DNA of 64,000 nt from an uncultured bacterium. Lineage in GTDB: Bacteria; Auribacterota; JAFGBW01. Shown here piece after piece: positions 8,539-18,642 of the stretch. Made by a program: the position numbers and the translations under genes. How positions within the stretch are numbered: the first letter of the stretch is position 1; every line of letters begins with the position of its first letter. The stretch covers positions 70,082 through 134,081 of the forward strand of contig CAYUET010000002.1 of assembly GCA_964443875.1 (NCBI GenBank), written 5' to 3'. Under the pieces are notes generated by a model. That model did not search any database. It was not told the origin of the DNA and saw only the letters and a list, made by a program, of their open reading frames with translations.

Positions 8539-10890
8539 TTATAAACTTGAAGCGGTTTTTTCAAGAATGTGAAATTCAATAATATCACCTTCTTCAAATT
8601 CGTGAAATCCATCCAGCTGAACTCCGCACTCGATTCCCATTTTAACTTCGCCGACATCTTCTTTGTAATGCTTGAGTGTTGCAATTTTATAAGCCTGTTC
8701 GCTGAGTCTCTGTCCGCTGCGCTTAATTCTTCCGTAGGCGCTTTTCAGAATTTTGCCTTCAATTACAAGGCTTCCGGCAATTGCTCCCACTTTTGAAATT
8801 TTAAAGATTTTCTTCACTTCACAGGCACCTATGGGTTTTTCGACGGTTTCAAAGTCCAAAAGACCTTCCATGGCTTTCACAACATCTTCATAGAGTTTAT
8901 AGATTACCTGATACTCCGGAATTTTAACATTAAGCCTTTTGGCAAGGGTCTGCGCAGAAGGACTGACCCTGACGTTAAAGGCAAAAATAATAGCCCCGTA
9001 GGCCTGAGCCAGAGATACATCGGTATCAGTAACGGCGCCTGTGGCGGCATGAATAATTTTTAACTTCACTTTTTCCGAAGTAATGGAGAGAAGTAAAGAA
9101 TTTAAGGCGGCGATCGATCCCTGGAAGTCTGCCTTAAGGACGATTTTAAATTCCTTTTTGGTTTCATTCTGAAGGGAACTGTAAAGATTATCAAGCGTAA
9201 TGACGTCCCTTTTATTGAGCATGTTGCGACGTCTGGATTCCTCTTCCTTTTTTGCCACTTCCTTGGCTTCACGGTCAGAAGGGTAGACTTTGACTTTTGC
9301 CGCAACCTCCGGGACATCTGAGAATCCATATACTTTGACAGGCATGGAGGGAGTCGCTTTTTCTACCTGTTCTCCGCGATCATTTTCCATGCGTCGTATT
9401 TTACCGTAAATATGTCCGCAGACAACCGGATCGCCTGTGGAAATAACTCCATTTTTTACAAGTACCGTGGCCACAGGTCCGAGCTGGTTGGTCTGACAGC
9501 TTTCCAGGATGATTCCGAAAGGTTTTCCTTTTGGATTGGCTTTCAGTTCCAGGACTTCTGCCTGAAGATTAATGGCATCCAGAAGTTCATCGATCCCCTG
9601 ACCGGTTAAAGCCGATACAGCAATAAAAAGATTGTCTCCACCCCATTCTTCAGGGGTAATATTGTAAGGGGCAAGATCGGATTTGATTTTATCCGGATTG
9701 ACGTAAGGAAGATCAATTTTATTAATGGCGACAATGATTGGAACCTGTGCTTCACGGGCATGGCTTATAGATTCAATGGTCTGGGGCTGAATGCCGTCAT
9801 TGGCTGAGACCACCAGAACAACAATATCGGTTACATTCGCCCCCATGGCACGCATGGAGGTAAAAGCCGCATGACCGGGGGTATCAATGAAGCAGATTTT
9901 ACTTCCCTTATGCTGGACCATGTAGGCTCCAATGTGCTGGGTAATTCCTCCTGCTTCAGTATCTACAATTTTTGTTTTACGGATGGTGTCCAGAAGTGTG
10001 GTCTTTCCATGATCCACATGCCCCATGATCGTCACGACAGGGGCACGTACTTCCAGTGCCTCTTCTGTCTGTTCAACAGGGTCCTGTGTCTTTTCTGTGA
10101 TTTTTTTAAGAAGCTCCTGTTCAGGGGCTTTAACTTCCATATGAATTTTGAATTCATCGGCAACGATTAAAATCGTATCTTTGTCCAGGCTCTGGTTAAT
10201 AGAAGCGATCATTCCAAGCAAAAACAGTTTTTTGATGATTTCTGATGCAGGAATATTGGTGGCTTCTGCCAGTTCTTTAACCGTAACGCCGTCGGTAACA
10301 ATAATAGGTTCTTTTGTTTCGGGAACAAAACCAGCCGCATTTACATTTTGAGTGTCAGTAACTGCATCGGTTTCGCCGTCTTTGGTTTTTGGACTGAATT
10401 TTGTTTTTGTTGTTTTTCTTTTGATGTATTGTTCTTCTTCAAAGATTTCCTCAAAAACTTTTTCATATTTTTCAATGTCTACATTTTCTTCAGGAAGTTC
10501 TTCCAGAGTCGTTTCAGCAAAAGTTTTTGCATCCGGGGATTCCTCTGTGGCTACTTTATGCGTCGGAGGAGGAAGCGTGTCTTTTTTTGATTTTGCTTTG
10601 GGGGCCGTTTCTACAGATTTTTTTTCATGTTTTTTGGGTCTGGAGTCATCAGCGGGAGCCGCCTTTTTGGCAGGATTTTCTTTTTTAGCAGCGTGAACAA
10701 CGGGGGAAGGCGCAGACACAGCTGAGGTTCCCATGGCTAAAAGACGTGTGAGTTTTTCTTCCACCACAGTCAGAGATTCCTCAGGTATGGACGAAGAATG
10801 GGTTTTATAAGTTATTTTCAGTTCATCCAAAACAGTCTGAATTTCTTTGGAGGAACAGTTGTGTTTTTTTGCTAATTCATAAATTCGCAT
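8539..10890 (-). CDS. infB: Translation initiation factor IF-2
   Basis: 783 aa. The G domain carries GHVDHGKTTLLD, DTPGH and NKID. The N-terminal region is Lys/Pro-rich and the C-terminal beta-barrel domains are present. Confidence 0.95.
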   Translation of the reverse strand: MRIYELAKKHNCSSKEIQTVLDELKITYKTHSSSIPEESLTVVEEKLTRLLAMGTSAVSAPSPVVHAAKKENPAKKAAPADDSRPKKHEKKSVETAPKAKSKKDTLPPPTHKVATEESPDAKTFAETTLEELPEENVDIEKYEKVFEEIFEEEQYIKRKTTKTKFSPKTKDGETDAVTDTQNVNAAGFVPETKEPIIVTDGVTVKELAEATNIPASEIIKKLFLLGMIASINQSLDKDTILIVADEFKIHMEVKAPEQELLKKITEKTQDPVEQTEEALEVRAPVVTIMGHVDHGKTTLLDTIRKTKIVDTEAGGITQHIGAYMVQHKGSKICFIDTPGHAAFTSMRAMGANVTDIVVLVVSANDGIQPQTIESISHAREAQVPIIVAINKIDLPYVNPDKIKSDLAPYNITPEEWGGDNLFIAVSALTGQGIDELLDAINLQAEVLELKANPKGKPFGIILESCQTNQLGPVATVLVKNGVISTGDPVVCGHIYGKIRRMENDRGEQVEKATPSMPVKVYGFSDVPEVAAKVKVYPSDREAKEVAKKEEESRRRNMLNKRDVITLDNLYSSLQNETKKEFKIVLKADFQGSIAALNSLLLSITSEKVKLKIIHAATGAVTDTDVSLAQAYGAIIFAFNVRVSPSAQTLAKRLNVKIPEYQVIYKLYEDVVKAMEGLLDFETVEKPIGACEVKKIFKISKVGAIAGSLVIEGKILKSAYGRIKRSGQRLSEQAYKIATLKHYKEDVGEVKMGIECGVQLDGFHEFEEGDIIEFHILEKTASSL

Positions 10891-10896
10891 AATGTA

Positions 10897-12216
10897 TTAA
10901 GAAATCCTTTGTTTGATGGCATTTCGGATGATCTCCATGATTTCTTCAGTACCGCTTTTTCCGATACCGGGAATGGAATAGAGTTCATCTGCTTTTAAAT
11001 TTTGAAGATCGCTTAAAAACTGATACCCGTTTTCATTAAAATATTCACGGACTTTATTGCTGAAGCCTTCAATTTCAGAAAGGGGAATTTTTAATTTGTC
11101 ATCCGCTTCTGAAGCCGCCGCTTCAGATTCCTTACTTTCTTTTTTAGGGGCTACGGGTGTAATAGTAAGTTCTTTTTCAATCACTTCAATATCCACTTTC
11201 CAGCCCAGAAGCTTGGAGGTAAGACGTGCATTATGTCCATGTTTGCCGATCGCGAGCGAAAACTGTGTTTTATCCACATAAATCAGGATTCTTTTTTTCT
11301 GTTCATCCACGGTAACATGTTTTAATTTAGCCGGGTTCATGGCATTTCTGCAGAAGGTTTCAACATCGGCAGACCAGGGAACAATATCAATTTTTTCCCC
11401 GTTCAGTTCCTGGACGATATTTTTAACTCTGGAACCTCTCATTCCGACGCATGCGCCCACACAATCGACCTTGGATTCTTTTGAAAATACGGCAATCTTT
11501 GTCCGGTAGCCGGGTTCACGAGCGATTCCCTTGACTTCAACGGTTCCATCGGAAATTTCCGGAACTTCGATTTCAAAAAGTTTTTTTACAAAATTGGGAT
11601 GTGAACGGGAAACCAGAACCTCAGGGGTTTGTGAGGATTTTTTAACTTCAAGAATATAGACTTTTAAACGGTCCCCGATGTTGTAATCTTCGTTTTCAAT
11701 CTGTTCTCTCTGTTTTAAAAGGGCTTCACCGCGACCCAGATCAATAATGATGTTGGATCCCTCCTTCTGGCGTACAGTTCCTGTGACAACCTGAAAAACT
11801 TTATCTTTGTACTCATTAAAGACCAGATCTGCTTCCGCATCGCGAAGTTTTTGAATCAGAACCTGCTTGGCGGTCTGGGCCGCTATTCTGCCGAAATTAT
11901 CAGGAGTCACCTCCAGAACAACGAAATCACCTAAAGCAACGTCCGGGTTGGTTTCCTGGGCTTTGGAAATGTTGATTTCATGAGTGCCTGCAACTTTTTC
12001 ATCTTCAATGACAGTGAATTTTGCATGAACTTCCACTTCAAAGGTGTCAGGATTAATTTCAATGATTGGGTTTGCAATTCCGCTAACGCTTTTTCGAGCA
12101 GCAGATTGAAGAGAGGACTTGATGGTCTCTAAAAGGACATTCCGTTCAATTCCCTTTTCCCGCTCCATATAGTCGATTACGGTTTTTAATTCTTTATTCA
12201 TCATTTTCAATCCCAT
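10897..12216 (-). CDS. nusA: Transcription termination/antitermination factor NusA
   Basis: 439 aa with S1 and KH domains and a C-terminal acidic repeat. Alternative in-frame starts exist at 12204 and 12201 (MMNKEL), so the true start may be 4-5 codons shorter. Confidence 0.9.
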   Translation of the reverse strand: MGLKMMNKELKTVIDYMEREKGIERNVLLETIKSSLQSAARKSVSGIANPIIEINPDTFEVEVHAKFTVIEDEKVAGTHEINISKAQETNPDVALGDFVVLEVTPDNFGRIAAQTAKQVLIQKLRDAEADLVFNEYKDKVFQVVTGTVRQKEGSNIIIDLGRGEALLKQREQIENEDYNIGDRLKVYILEVKKSSQTPEVLVSRSHPNFVKKLFEIEVPEISDGTVEVKGIAREPGYRTKIAVFSKESKVDCVGACVGMRGSRVKNIVQELNGEKIDIVPWSADVETFCRNAMNPAKLKHVTVDEQKKRILIYVDKTQFSLAIGKHGHNARLTSKLLGWKVDIEVIEKELTITPVAPKKESKESEAAASEADDKLKIPLSEIEGFSNKVREYFNENGYQFLSDLQNLKADELYSIPGIGKSGTEEIMEIIRNAIKQRIS

Positions 12217-12335
12217 CTTTCTTTAGGTGGATCTTCTATAAAACAAAAAGGAGTGGACAAACCACTCCTTTTACCAAGGAAAAAATTTTTAGAACTTTTT
12301 ATCAAAGAGTCCGCAGATATGCAAGTTAAAAGTTT

Positions 12336-13514
12336 TTAAGAGTTTATCCTCAGGGAAAAGTCATCAGGAAGGGTTGGGTTAATAAAAGGGGGGATTTTGT
12401 AAAGTTTCTGATAAGCCTTAAGAATAGTCCCGTATTCATAAGGCTTAAGCCAATCCGGGGAAAGGGGAATATAGATGAAATGACCCTCCATAATCCGGCG
12501 GCAGTACTCAGTGGCGGTATTCAGATCCTGAAAAGGATAAAAAAAACCCTGTTCTCCCTGTTTCATAATACTTGTAATGCCTCCACGGAAGGGAATAACC
12601 ATAGGGATTTTGAGGTATAGGCATTCCAGTTCTGCCATGGAAAGTCCCTCAAAGCGTGAAGTTGAAACATAAAGAGTCAGACGGGAGTAGAATTCCCTCA
12701 TGTTTTTGTATATTCCCGGAAAGTGAACATTCGAAAGTTCCAGTTTTTCGGCATATTTCCGGCAGGCCTTCAAACCAATGGCTTCTCCCGCAATAAGAAA
12801 TTCTGCGGAAGGAAAGAGAAGAGAAAGTCTTTTAAAAAGAGTCAGAAGTGCAAAGGGCTGTTTTTGCTCTTTGAAATTTGAAACCGAACCGATGCAAAGG
12901 GATTTGGCAGGCGGCGGATTTTGAACGTTCAGTGTCAGCTCTTTTAAATCAAGACAGTCAGGGATTACATGGGCTTTGGAAGAGGAAGAACAAAGAGAGC
13001 AGCTTTGTGCACGTTTAAGGTTTTCCCGGGCAATAAAAACCAGAGAGTCGGACCTTTGGTTAAGCCAGGCTTCAAGTGCAACATAAATTTTTGTCAGAAG
13101 CGGATTAAGAAAATAATCATGTCCAAATCCGTGATAGGTATGAATAACCCCCTGTATTTTGGAACAAAACGCAGCAAAGCGGACTGCAAGAGAGGGTTTT
13201 GAGCAGTGTGTGTGAACAATATCAAATTTATTTTTACGGAAAAAACGGATCAGAGCAATTATAAGGAACAGATCTTTGAAAGGATTGAACGGCCTGCAAA
13301 GGAGAGGATTGCGGATTACCTGAATGCCCTGTTTTTTCAGGGCCTGATATTCCGGCTCAAGAGGGCCGGATTCCCCGTAAAAAAGTGAAAGATCAAAGCA
13401 TTGAGCCGAATTTAACAGGGATAGGAGGCGAAGCGTGGAAAGCTGTGCCCCGCCCATTTCAGCGGTGGTGATGACATGGAGGATTTTTATTTTTTGATTA
13501 TTCGCAGCATGCAT
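12336..13514 (-). CDS. Glycosyltransferase family 4 (GT-B fold)
   Basis: 392 aa. The N-terminus KILHVITTAEMGGAQ matches Glyco_trans_4-like_N. The C-terminal FEGLSMAELECLYLKIPMVIPFRGG carries the GT4 EX7E-type motif. Confidence 0.7.
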   Translation of the reverse strand: MHAANNQKIKILHVITTAEMGGAQLSTLRLLSLLNSAQCFDLSLFYGESGPLEPEYQALKKQGIQVIRNPLLCRPFNPFKDLFLIIALIRFFRKNKFDIVHTHCSKPSLAVRFAAFCSKIQGVIHTYHGFGHDYFLNPLLTKIYVALEAWLNQRSDSLVFIARENLKRAQSCSLCSSSSKAHVIPDCLDLKELTLNVQNPPPAKSLCIGSVSNFKEQKQPFALLTLFKRLSLLFPSAEFLIAGEAIGLKACRKYAEKLELSNVHFPGIYKNMREFYSRLTLYVSTSRFEGLSMAELECLYLKIPMVIPFRGGITSIMKQGEQGFFYPFQDLNTATEYCRRIMEGHFIYIPLSPDWLKPYEYGTILKAYQKLYKIPPFINPTLPDDFSLRINS

Positions 13515-13618
13515 GAGAATGTATTATCTTTTTTTAATGGAAAAAACATCCCTTTTTTCTATTGAAAAGTTGAAGTGAGTTTGGATAATACGAACATTTA
13601 ACCAAGAAAAGAGGTTTT

Positions 13619-13933
13619 ATGCAGGACTTTAAAAATGTAAAGGTGATAAAAAAAGCGAATATCTATTTTGATGGAAAAGTGACAAGCCGTACTGTTGTTT
13701 TCAGCGACGGCACCAAAAAGACGCTCGGAATCATGCTGCCGGGTGAATATGAGTTTGGTACTGGAGCCAAGGAAATAATGGAGATTCTGGAGGGCGATCT
13801 GGAGGTGCTTCTTCCCGGAGAAACGCTATGGGATCACTTTACTCAGGGTGATTCCTTTGAGGTGAAAGCTAATTCCAAATTCAGCCTCAAAGTTAAGACA
13901 GTTACAGATTACTGCTGTTCTTATCTGCAGTAA
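13619..13933 (+). CDS. ppnP: Pyrimidine/purine nucleoside phosphorylase PpnP (YaiE/DUF1255 cupin)
   Basis: 104 aa. The YFDGKV...[11 protein letters not shown]...[14 protein letters not shown]...FEV pattern is colinear with E. coli PpnP. An AAAGAGG RBS is present. Confidence 0.8.
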   Translation: MQDFKNVKVIKKANIYFDGKVTSRTVVFSDGTKKTLGIMLPGEYEFGTGAKEIMEILEGDLEVLLPGETLWDHFTQGDSFEVKANSKFSLKVKTVTDYCCSYLQ

Positions 13934-13960
13934 TGAGGATGTCCTTCATATGGAGGTGAT

Positions 13961-15226
13961 ATGACTTCTCTGGAAATCTGTTTCAGATGTCTGAAACACA
14001 GGGAGGTTGAAATATCACCCGATAAAAAATACTGTGTCTGCGGCGGGACTTTTCATTATTTTGATCATCCCTCAAGTCTTCGAATTCTTCATGCCGACAT
14101 GGATGCCTTTTTTGCCAATGTGGAAATTCATGACAACCCCGGGCTTAAAGGAAAACCTATCATTGTTGGGGGAAGTCCGAAAAGTCGAGGCGTCGTGTCG
14201 ACCTGTTCCTATGAGGCCCGAAAATTCGGTATTCATTCCTCCATGTCGCTTGCAAAGGCTTATACGCTTTGTCCCTCCGGAGTTTTCCTCCCGGTACGGA
14301 TGCAGCGTTATGCAGAAGTTTCCGCTCAGGTCTTTAAAATATTTGAATCCTTTACCCCTGAATATGAACCTTTAAGTGTTGATGAGGCCTTTCTCGATAT
14401 GAAAGGAACCGAAGGTCTGTTCGGACATCCTGTTGCGGCCGCTTTGAAATTGAAGCACAAGGTCAAAGAAAAAACCGGGATAACGGTTTCTGTCGGAGTT
14501 GCCCCCAATAAATTTTTAGCCAAGCTGGCTTCCGGAGAAAATAAGCCGGATGGCCTTTTTGTGGTCACCCCGGATTCCACAGACTCCTATCTCGACCGTT
14601 TGAGCATAGAAAATATGTGGGGCATAGGGAAAGCCACTTTGCCGGTGATGAAGGGAAACAGGATTAATACGATTGGAGACTTACGGCGCTGTTCTGAAGA
14701 AAAGCTCAAGAGCATTTTTGGAAATCAGTGGCAGCGTTTTTACAAGCTTTCACGGGGTGAGGATGACCGTAAGGTTGAAACAGAGTATGAGGCGGAGTCC
14801 ATAGGCAGGGAAACCACTCTGGAAAAGGATAGCTCAGATAAAGAGGAAATGAGGAAGATCCTCTGGGGGCTTTGTGAAAATGTTTCAAGACGGCTCTATA
14901 ATGATGGTGTAAGAGGAAAGAAAGTAACCTTGAAAATCAAAACAAGTCAGTTTATACTCATGACCCGTTCCCGGAAACTTTCCAACCCTGTTTATCTTGA
15001 TCTGGATATTTTTAACACAGTAAAGGACCTTCTGGAACAACTGGATTTAAGGGGGCTCAGGATAAGGCTTCTTGGTGTTTCGGTCTCTTGTTTCAAAAAA
15101 GAGGGGCCTGAGGAATTACTGCTCTTTGAAGACTCAAGGGAAATCCGCAAGGAAAAACTCAGCGAGGCCTTAAATAAGATCAAAGACAGGTTCGGGGATT
15201 CTGTGATTACCCGTGCTGTAAAGTAG
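13961..15226 (+). CDS. dinB: DNA polymerase IV with an N-terminal zinc-ribbon extension
   Basis: ILHADMDAFFANVEIHDNPGLKGKPIIVGG matches the DinB/UmuC palm. About 40 extra N-terminal residues carry CFRC...CVCGG. The RBS is GGAGGTGA. Confidence 0.9.
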   Translation: MTSLEICFRCLKHREVEISPDKKYCVCGGTFHYFDHPSSLRILHADMDAFFANVEIHDNPGLKGKPIIVGGSPKSRGVVSTCSYEARKFGIHSSMSLAKAYTLCPSGVFLPVRMQRYAEVSAQVFKIFESFTPEYEPLSVDEAFLDMKGTEGLFGHPVAAALKLKHKVKEKTGITVSVGVAPNKFLAKLASGENKPDGLFVVTPDSTDSYLDRLSIENMWGIGKATLPVMKGNRINTIGDLRRCSEEKLKSIFGNQWQRFYKLSRGEDDRKVETEYEAESIGRETTLEKDSSDKEEMRKILWGLCENVSRRLYNDGVRGKKVTLKIKTSQFILMTRSRKLSNPVYLDLDIFNTVKDLLEQLDLRGLRIRLLGVSVSCFKKEGPEELLLFEDSREIRKEKLSEALNKIKDRFGDSVITRAVK

Positions 15227-15533
15227 GGAGAGAAAGAAAGGGCATACTCGCCTGGGTCCTTTAAATGCCCTTATGTCTTAGTCTGAATTTTGCGCGCAGG
15301 CGTCAAATATTCAGGAGGCAACGTCAGTTTGATTCAGTCAAAACAGGCTTGCGCAGATAAAAGGTTGTTTTTTGTTTGGATGTAAGATTGAGTACAATTT
15401 GTACCATAAGATTGAAGTCGATATTAGGGCTGGAATGATTGATTTGTTAGCCTTTAAAAGGATTTGAGTTAATTTTTCATGCAATATTCGGGTTAGAGGT
15501 TAAGTTTTGCGGGGAAGTTAAAAACGTTAAGAT

Positions 15534-18500
15534 TTATTTGGAGTCCATGGAAGAAATCTGAAAATTTTTGAGAATCAAAGCACGGTTTTCCTGGGGCTGT
15601 TTTGTTTTTATTTTCCAGCGTTTGGGTCTGTCAGATTCACAAAGTCCAATCAGAGCAGTAATATTGGCTTCATCTTTCAGAGTCTTCGGGACAGGGATTA
15701 GATGTTCGAACTGGAGAATTCCATTCTTATCAAAATTTTTTGAATAGGGTGAGTGGATTTGAATGTCTTCCTGAAAAAGGAGCTCTCCTTTGGAATTTAA
15801 AAAATGGATGAATAGATTGAACGGCGGGAGTGTTTTCTGGAGACTTTTTCCGGAGCAGTAAAACATGAGATATTCACTGGGTTTGAGAAGATGAGAGGAA
15901 AAGGCGATTGTATTGATTTCTGCTTTTCCGTCAAACAGGGCGTTTACGGGGTGTTTTTGCCATCCTTTGGAATCAGGAAGGGAAGGGGGCTCTGGCAAAG
16001 GATTTGTCATTTCTGCTTCAATCTTTTTCAATGTGAGGGAATTCAGCATAAGCTCAGGAATACCGATCATTACCCGATCCGCTGATAATGTTTCTGAAAA
16101 AAGAAAATCTGTCTGAAAATCTGTTTTCCGGGCAATAAAGCCGTCTGCCCAGATCCACCGGTCGAGACACAGGGGGGTCTTTTTAAGAATATTTCCTTTG
16201 TTGAATAGGGTGATTTTCAGATCATTGAGTTTGATGAGATCAGGATTTCGAAGGCTGATCCGGATCTTTTTTAAAAGAGTGTCCGGCTTAAGGGGGTAGG
16301 AGAGCTGAATTTCGTGAAGGGAGGAGTCATAAAGAATCTGTGGATGGGTTAAACGGGTGAGAAACAGGGACGTTTTATCGGTAAGGGGGGCAAGAGCAGG
16401 CAGGGAAACATAGCTCCATCCTTGGGACTCGTGAACCGAATAAGGGAGATGATTGTCTGTAAAAAATTGTTTTAATCCATTGAGATGAATCGATTCGAGG
16501 AGGAATCCGTTTTCTCCGAAGGGATTGATCACTCTTTCGTTATAGTCCCAAAACAGATACCTGTCCCGGTAACAGGCTTTGTCCTGAATCAGCCGGGGAG
16601 TGGTTAATCCCGGAAGGTGTTTCTGGACGGAGGGAATGAGTGCGGGCGGAAGAAATACTTTTTCTTGAGGATTAAGGCTTTGGATCAGAGACAGGGCTTC
16701 TTTTTTATCGGGTTGAAGGGAGGCATGTTGTTTATAAACAAACAGTTCAGCGATTCCCCATGAATTTTTTCCGGAGAGAGTAAGACGTATTTGTCTGAGG
16801 GGGGTCTCTTTGAAGCGGATATCAATATGTCCGTTCGGAAGGAGACGTATATTACCGTTGAATTCCTGAAAAACAGGAATGTATCCCGGTATTTGTGCAA
16901 GGGTAAGCCATTGCCCGGCTTCCTGGGCTCCTTCCACGAGAATACCTTGAGGAATGGAGGTTACATCCGTTCCGGATACCAGCTCAATTCTGCAGAGGGC
17001 GACAGGAGTCTGACAGTTAAAAGTGAGAGAGGAGTTTTTTTCGGCGGGGGAGGTCCAGAGGGTTGAAAAATGGCGGTCCAGAAGATTTTGTCCAAAAGGC
17101 GCCTTTTTATTTTCCTGTATCGGAATAAGCAGGGCCGATATGTCTTCATAGGCATTGGGGGAAAAGGTGAAATCATGGAAAACCGTGTAGCTGCCCATGT
17201 CCCTCCGTATATAAGAGCAGACAAGAGATTTTAGCTGGGTTTCAAGAGCGTCTGGATTGGGGAGATTCATCCGGCTATCCGTGATCAGGGCAGTTTTTGA
17301 AGCGTCATCCACAAGTTTTAAAAATTCGATGTTTCTGAAACCGCCGAAGTCCGAACAGATAATTTTCTTTTTACTTTCAAAGGAAACCGACTGGGCGGTT
17401 GTGAAATGAGCGTAGGCCTTTGAAATGCCCTGTTGCTCCAGATAACGGATGACTTCTTCCGGGCCTTCCATGCGTTTTTTATCATGGGCGTAAAACTGCA
17501 TGAAGGCCAGATTATAGGGAAGGACAAGAACTATGAGTATGGAAAGGAAGGGAATGTGGAGGACAGGTTTCCAGGCGGCAAATCTTTCAAAAGCGGATAG
17601 AAAGGGAATGCCCAGAAAAACATAGAGAGGCAGCCCGTAGCGGCTTAGTTGTTCCCTGCCGTTCTGGCTGAAGATGAAGCATGCGGCGAAAAAAAGAAGT
17701 CCTGAAAAAAGCATCAAGGAAACAGCATTAGTCTCCTGTCTGTTTTTGAGGCGGTTGCGGAATGAGAAGAAAAAGGACATAAAGGCCGAAATCCACACCA
17801 GCGATGTAAGTCCTGTAATAAGAGGGCCCCAGGGGTGATGGGCGAATTCCCGGCAGCGGCCGAAGAGCATGGAGGATATGTTGATGAAATTGACAAGCTG
17901 GTCGAAGTATACGGAGAAATGGGCAAGTCCCCCTTTCATACGGAAGGTAAGCCACCCGTTTTCAATATTTCCCATCCACCAGGGAAGGCTTCCGATGAAG
18001 AAGAAAAGACTCAGAAGAACCAGGGCTTTTCCCCGGTATTCGGAACGAAGCCGGATGAAAAAGACAAGGGCTCCTGCCCCCAGAAAGGGAAGGATCATCA
18101 TAAAGGTCCAGAAGCCTATCCCGGCAATCAGTCCGGCAATGGAGATTGAAACGAGGGGAAAGGAAGCCTCGGAGTTTTTCAGGGCCTGAAGAAGAAGGAT
18201 GAGAAACCAGGTTCCCAGAGCAATAGTTTGCATATAGCCGCCCATAGGGGAGAGACTGTATTCATTAAAAACGAGAGGCGGAATTGTCAGAAAAAGGGCG
18301 GTATAGACGGGAAAACGGTTTCCGTTCATTTTACGTGAAAGAATGAGCATTCCGGCTATGAGAAAGAGGGAGGAGATGAAGGGGGACATGCGGAGCCAGA
18401 AGGTATCCGTGGAAAACAGGGAAAAGAAAAACGCGGCAAGGATCGATTCCAGGGACCCCAGATAGGGGGCCCCCCAGTAAAAGGGTGAAAAACGGCCTTC

Positions 18501-18635
18501 GAGCATATCCATGGCCATGAGCCCGGGAACCGCTTCGTCATAATAGACGTGTCCGAAGCAGGGAAGTTTCCAGAAGATGAAACGAAAGGCAAGGCCTGTT
18601 GCAATCAGAGCAAGTGAAGAGACCCATTTCAACAT
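15534..18635 (-). CDS. GT-C family glycosyltransferase, ArnT/PMT-like (GT39/GT83-type) with a large C-terminal periplasmic domain
   Basis: About 1,033 aa. TM1 is followed by YYDEAVPGLMAMDMLEGRFSPFYWGAPYLGSLE, carrying the DE motif and a PYxxKPPL-like loop of ArnT/PMT. It has at least 10 predicted TM helices. The roughly 550-aa C-terminus is a discoidin-like beta-rich domain. The ATG at 18635 lies 7 nt after the ubiA stop. The longer ORF from 18677 uses GTG and overlaps ubiA. Confidence 0.75.
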   Translation of the reverse strand: MLKWVSSLALIATGLAFRFIFWKLPCFGHVYYDEAVPGLMAMDMLEGRFSPFYWGAPYLGSLESILAAFFFSLFSTDTFWLRMSPFISSLFLIAGMLILSRKMNGNRFPVYTALFLTIPPLVFNEYSLSPMGGYMQTIALGTWFLILLLQALKNSEASFPLVSISIAGLIAGIGFWTFMMILPFLGAGALVFFIRLRSEYRGKALVLLSLFFFIGSLPWWMGNIENGWLTFRMKGGLAHFSVYFDQLVNFINISSMLFGRCREFAHHPWGPLITGLTSLVWISAFMSFFFSFRNRLKNRQETNAVSLMLFSGLLFFAACFIFSQNGREQLSRYGLPLYVFLGIPFLSAFERFAAWKPVLHIPFLSILIVLVLPYNLAFMQFYAHDKKRMEGPEEVIRYLEQQGISKAYAHFTTAQSVSFESKKKIICSDFGGFRNIEFLKLVDDASKTALITDSRMNLPNPDALETQLKSLVCSYIRRDMGSYTVFHDFTFSPNAYEDISALLIPIQENKKAPFGQNLLDRHFSTLWTSPAEKNSSLTFNCQTPVALCRIELVSGTDVTSIPQGILVEGAQEAGQWLTLAQIPGYIPVFQEFNGNIRLLPNGHIDIRFKETPLRQIRLTLSGKNSWGIAELFVYKQHASLQPDKKEALSLIQSLNPQEKVFLPPALIPSVQKHLPGLTTPRLIQDKACYRDRYLFWDYNERVINPFGENGFLLESIHLNGLKQFFTDNHLPYSVHESQGWSYVSLPALAPLTDKTSLFLTRLTHPQILYDSSLHEIQLSYPLKPDTLLKKIRISLRNPDLIKLNDLKITLFNKGNILKKTPLCLDRWIWADGFIARKTDFQTDFLFSETLSADRVMIGIPELMLNSLTLKKIEAEMTNPLPEPPSLPDSKGWQKHPVNALFDGKAEINTIAFSSHLLKPSEYLMFYCSGKSLQKTLPPFNLFIHFLNSKGELLFQEDIQIHSPYSKNFDKNGILQFEHLIPVPKTLKDEANITALIGLCESDRPKRWKIKTKQPQENRALILKNFQISSMDSK

Positions 18636-18642
18636 GATGGAT

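Noticed and set aside
15240-15270. GGGCAT-N19-ATGCCC as the dinB terminator
   Set aside because: The 19-nt loop is long and no U-tract follows, so it is not convincing as an intrinsic terminator. It is kept only as part of the finding on the long spacer.
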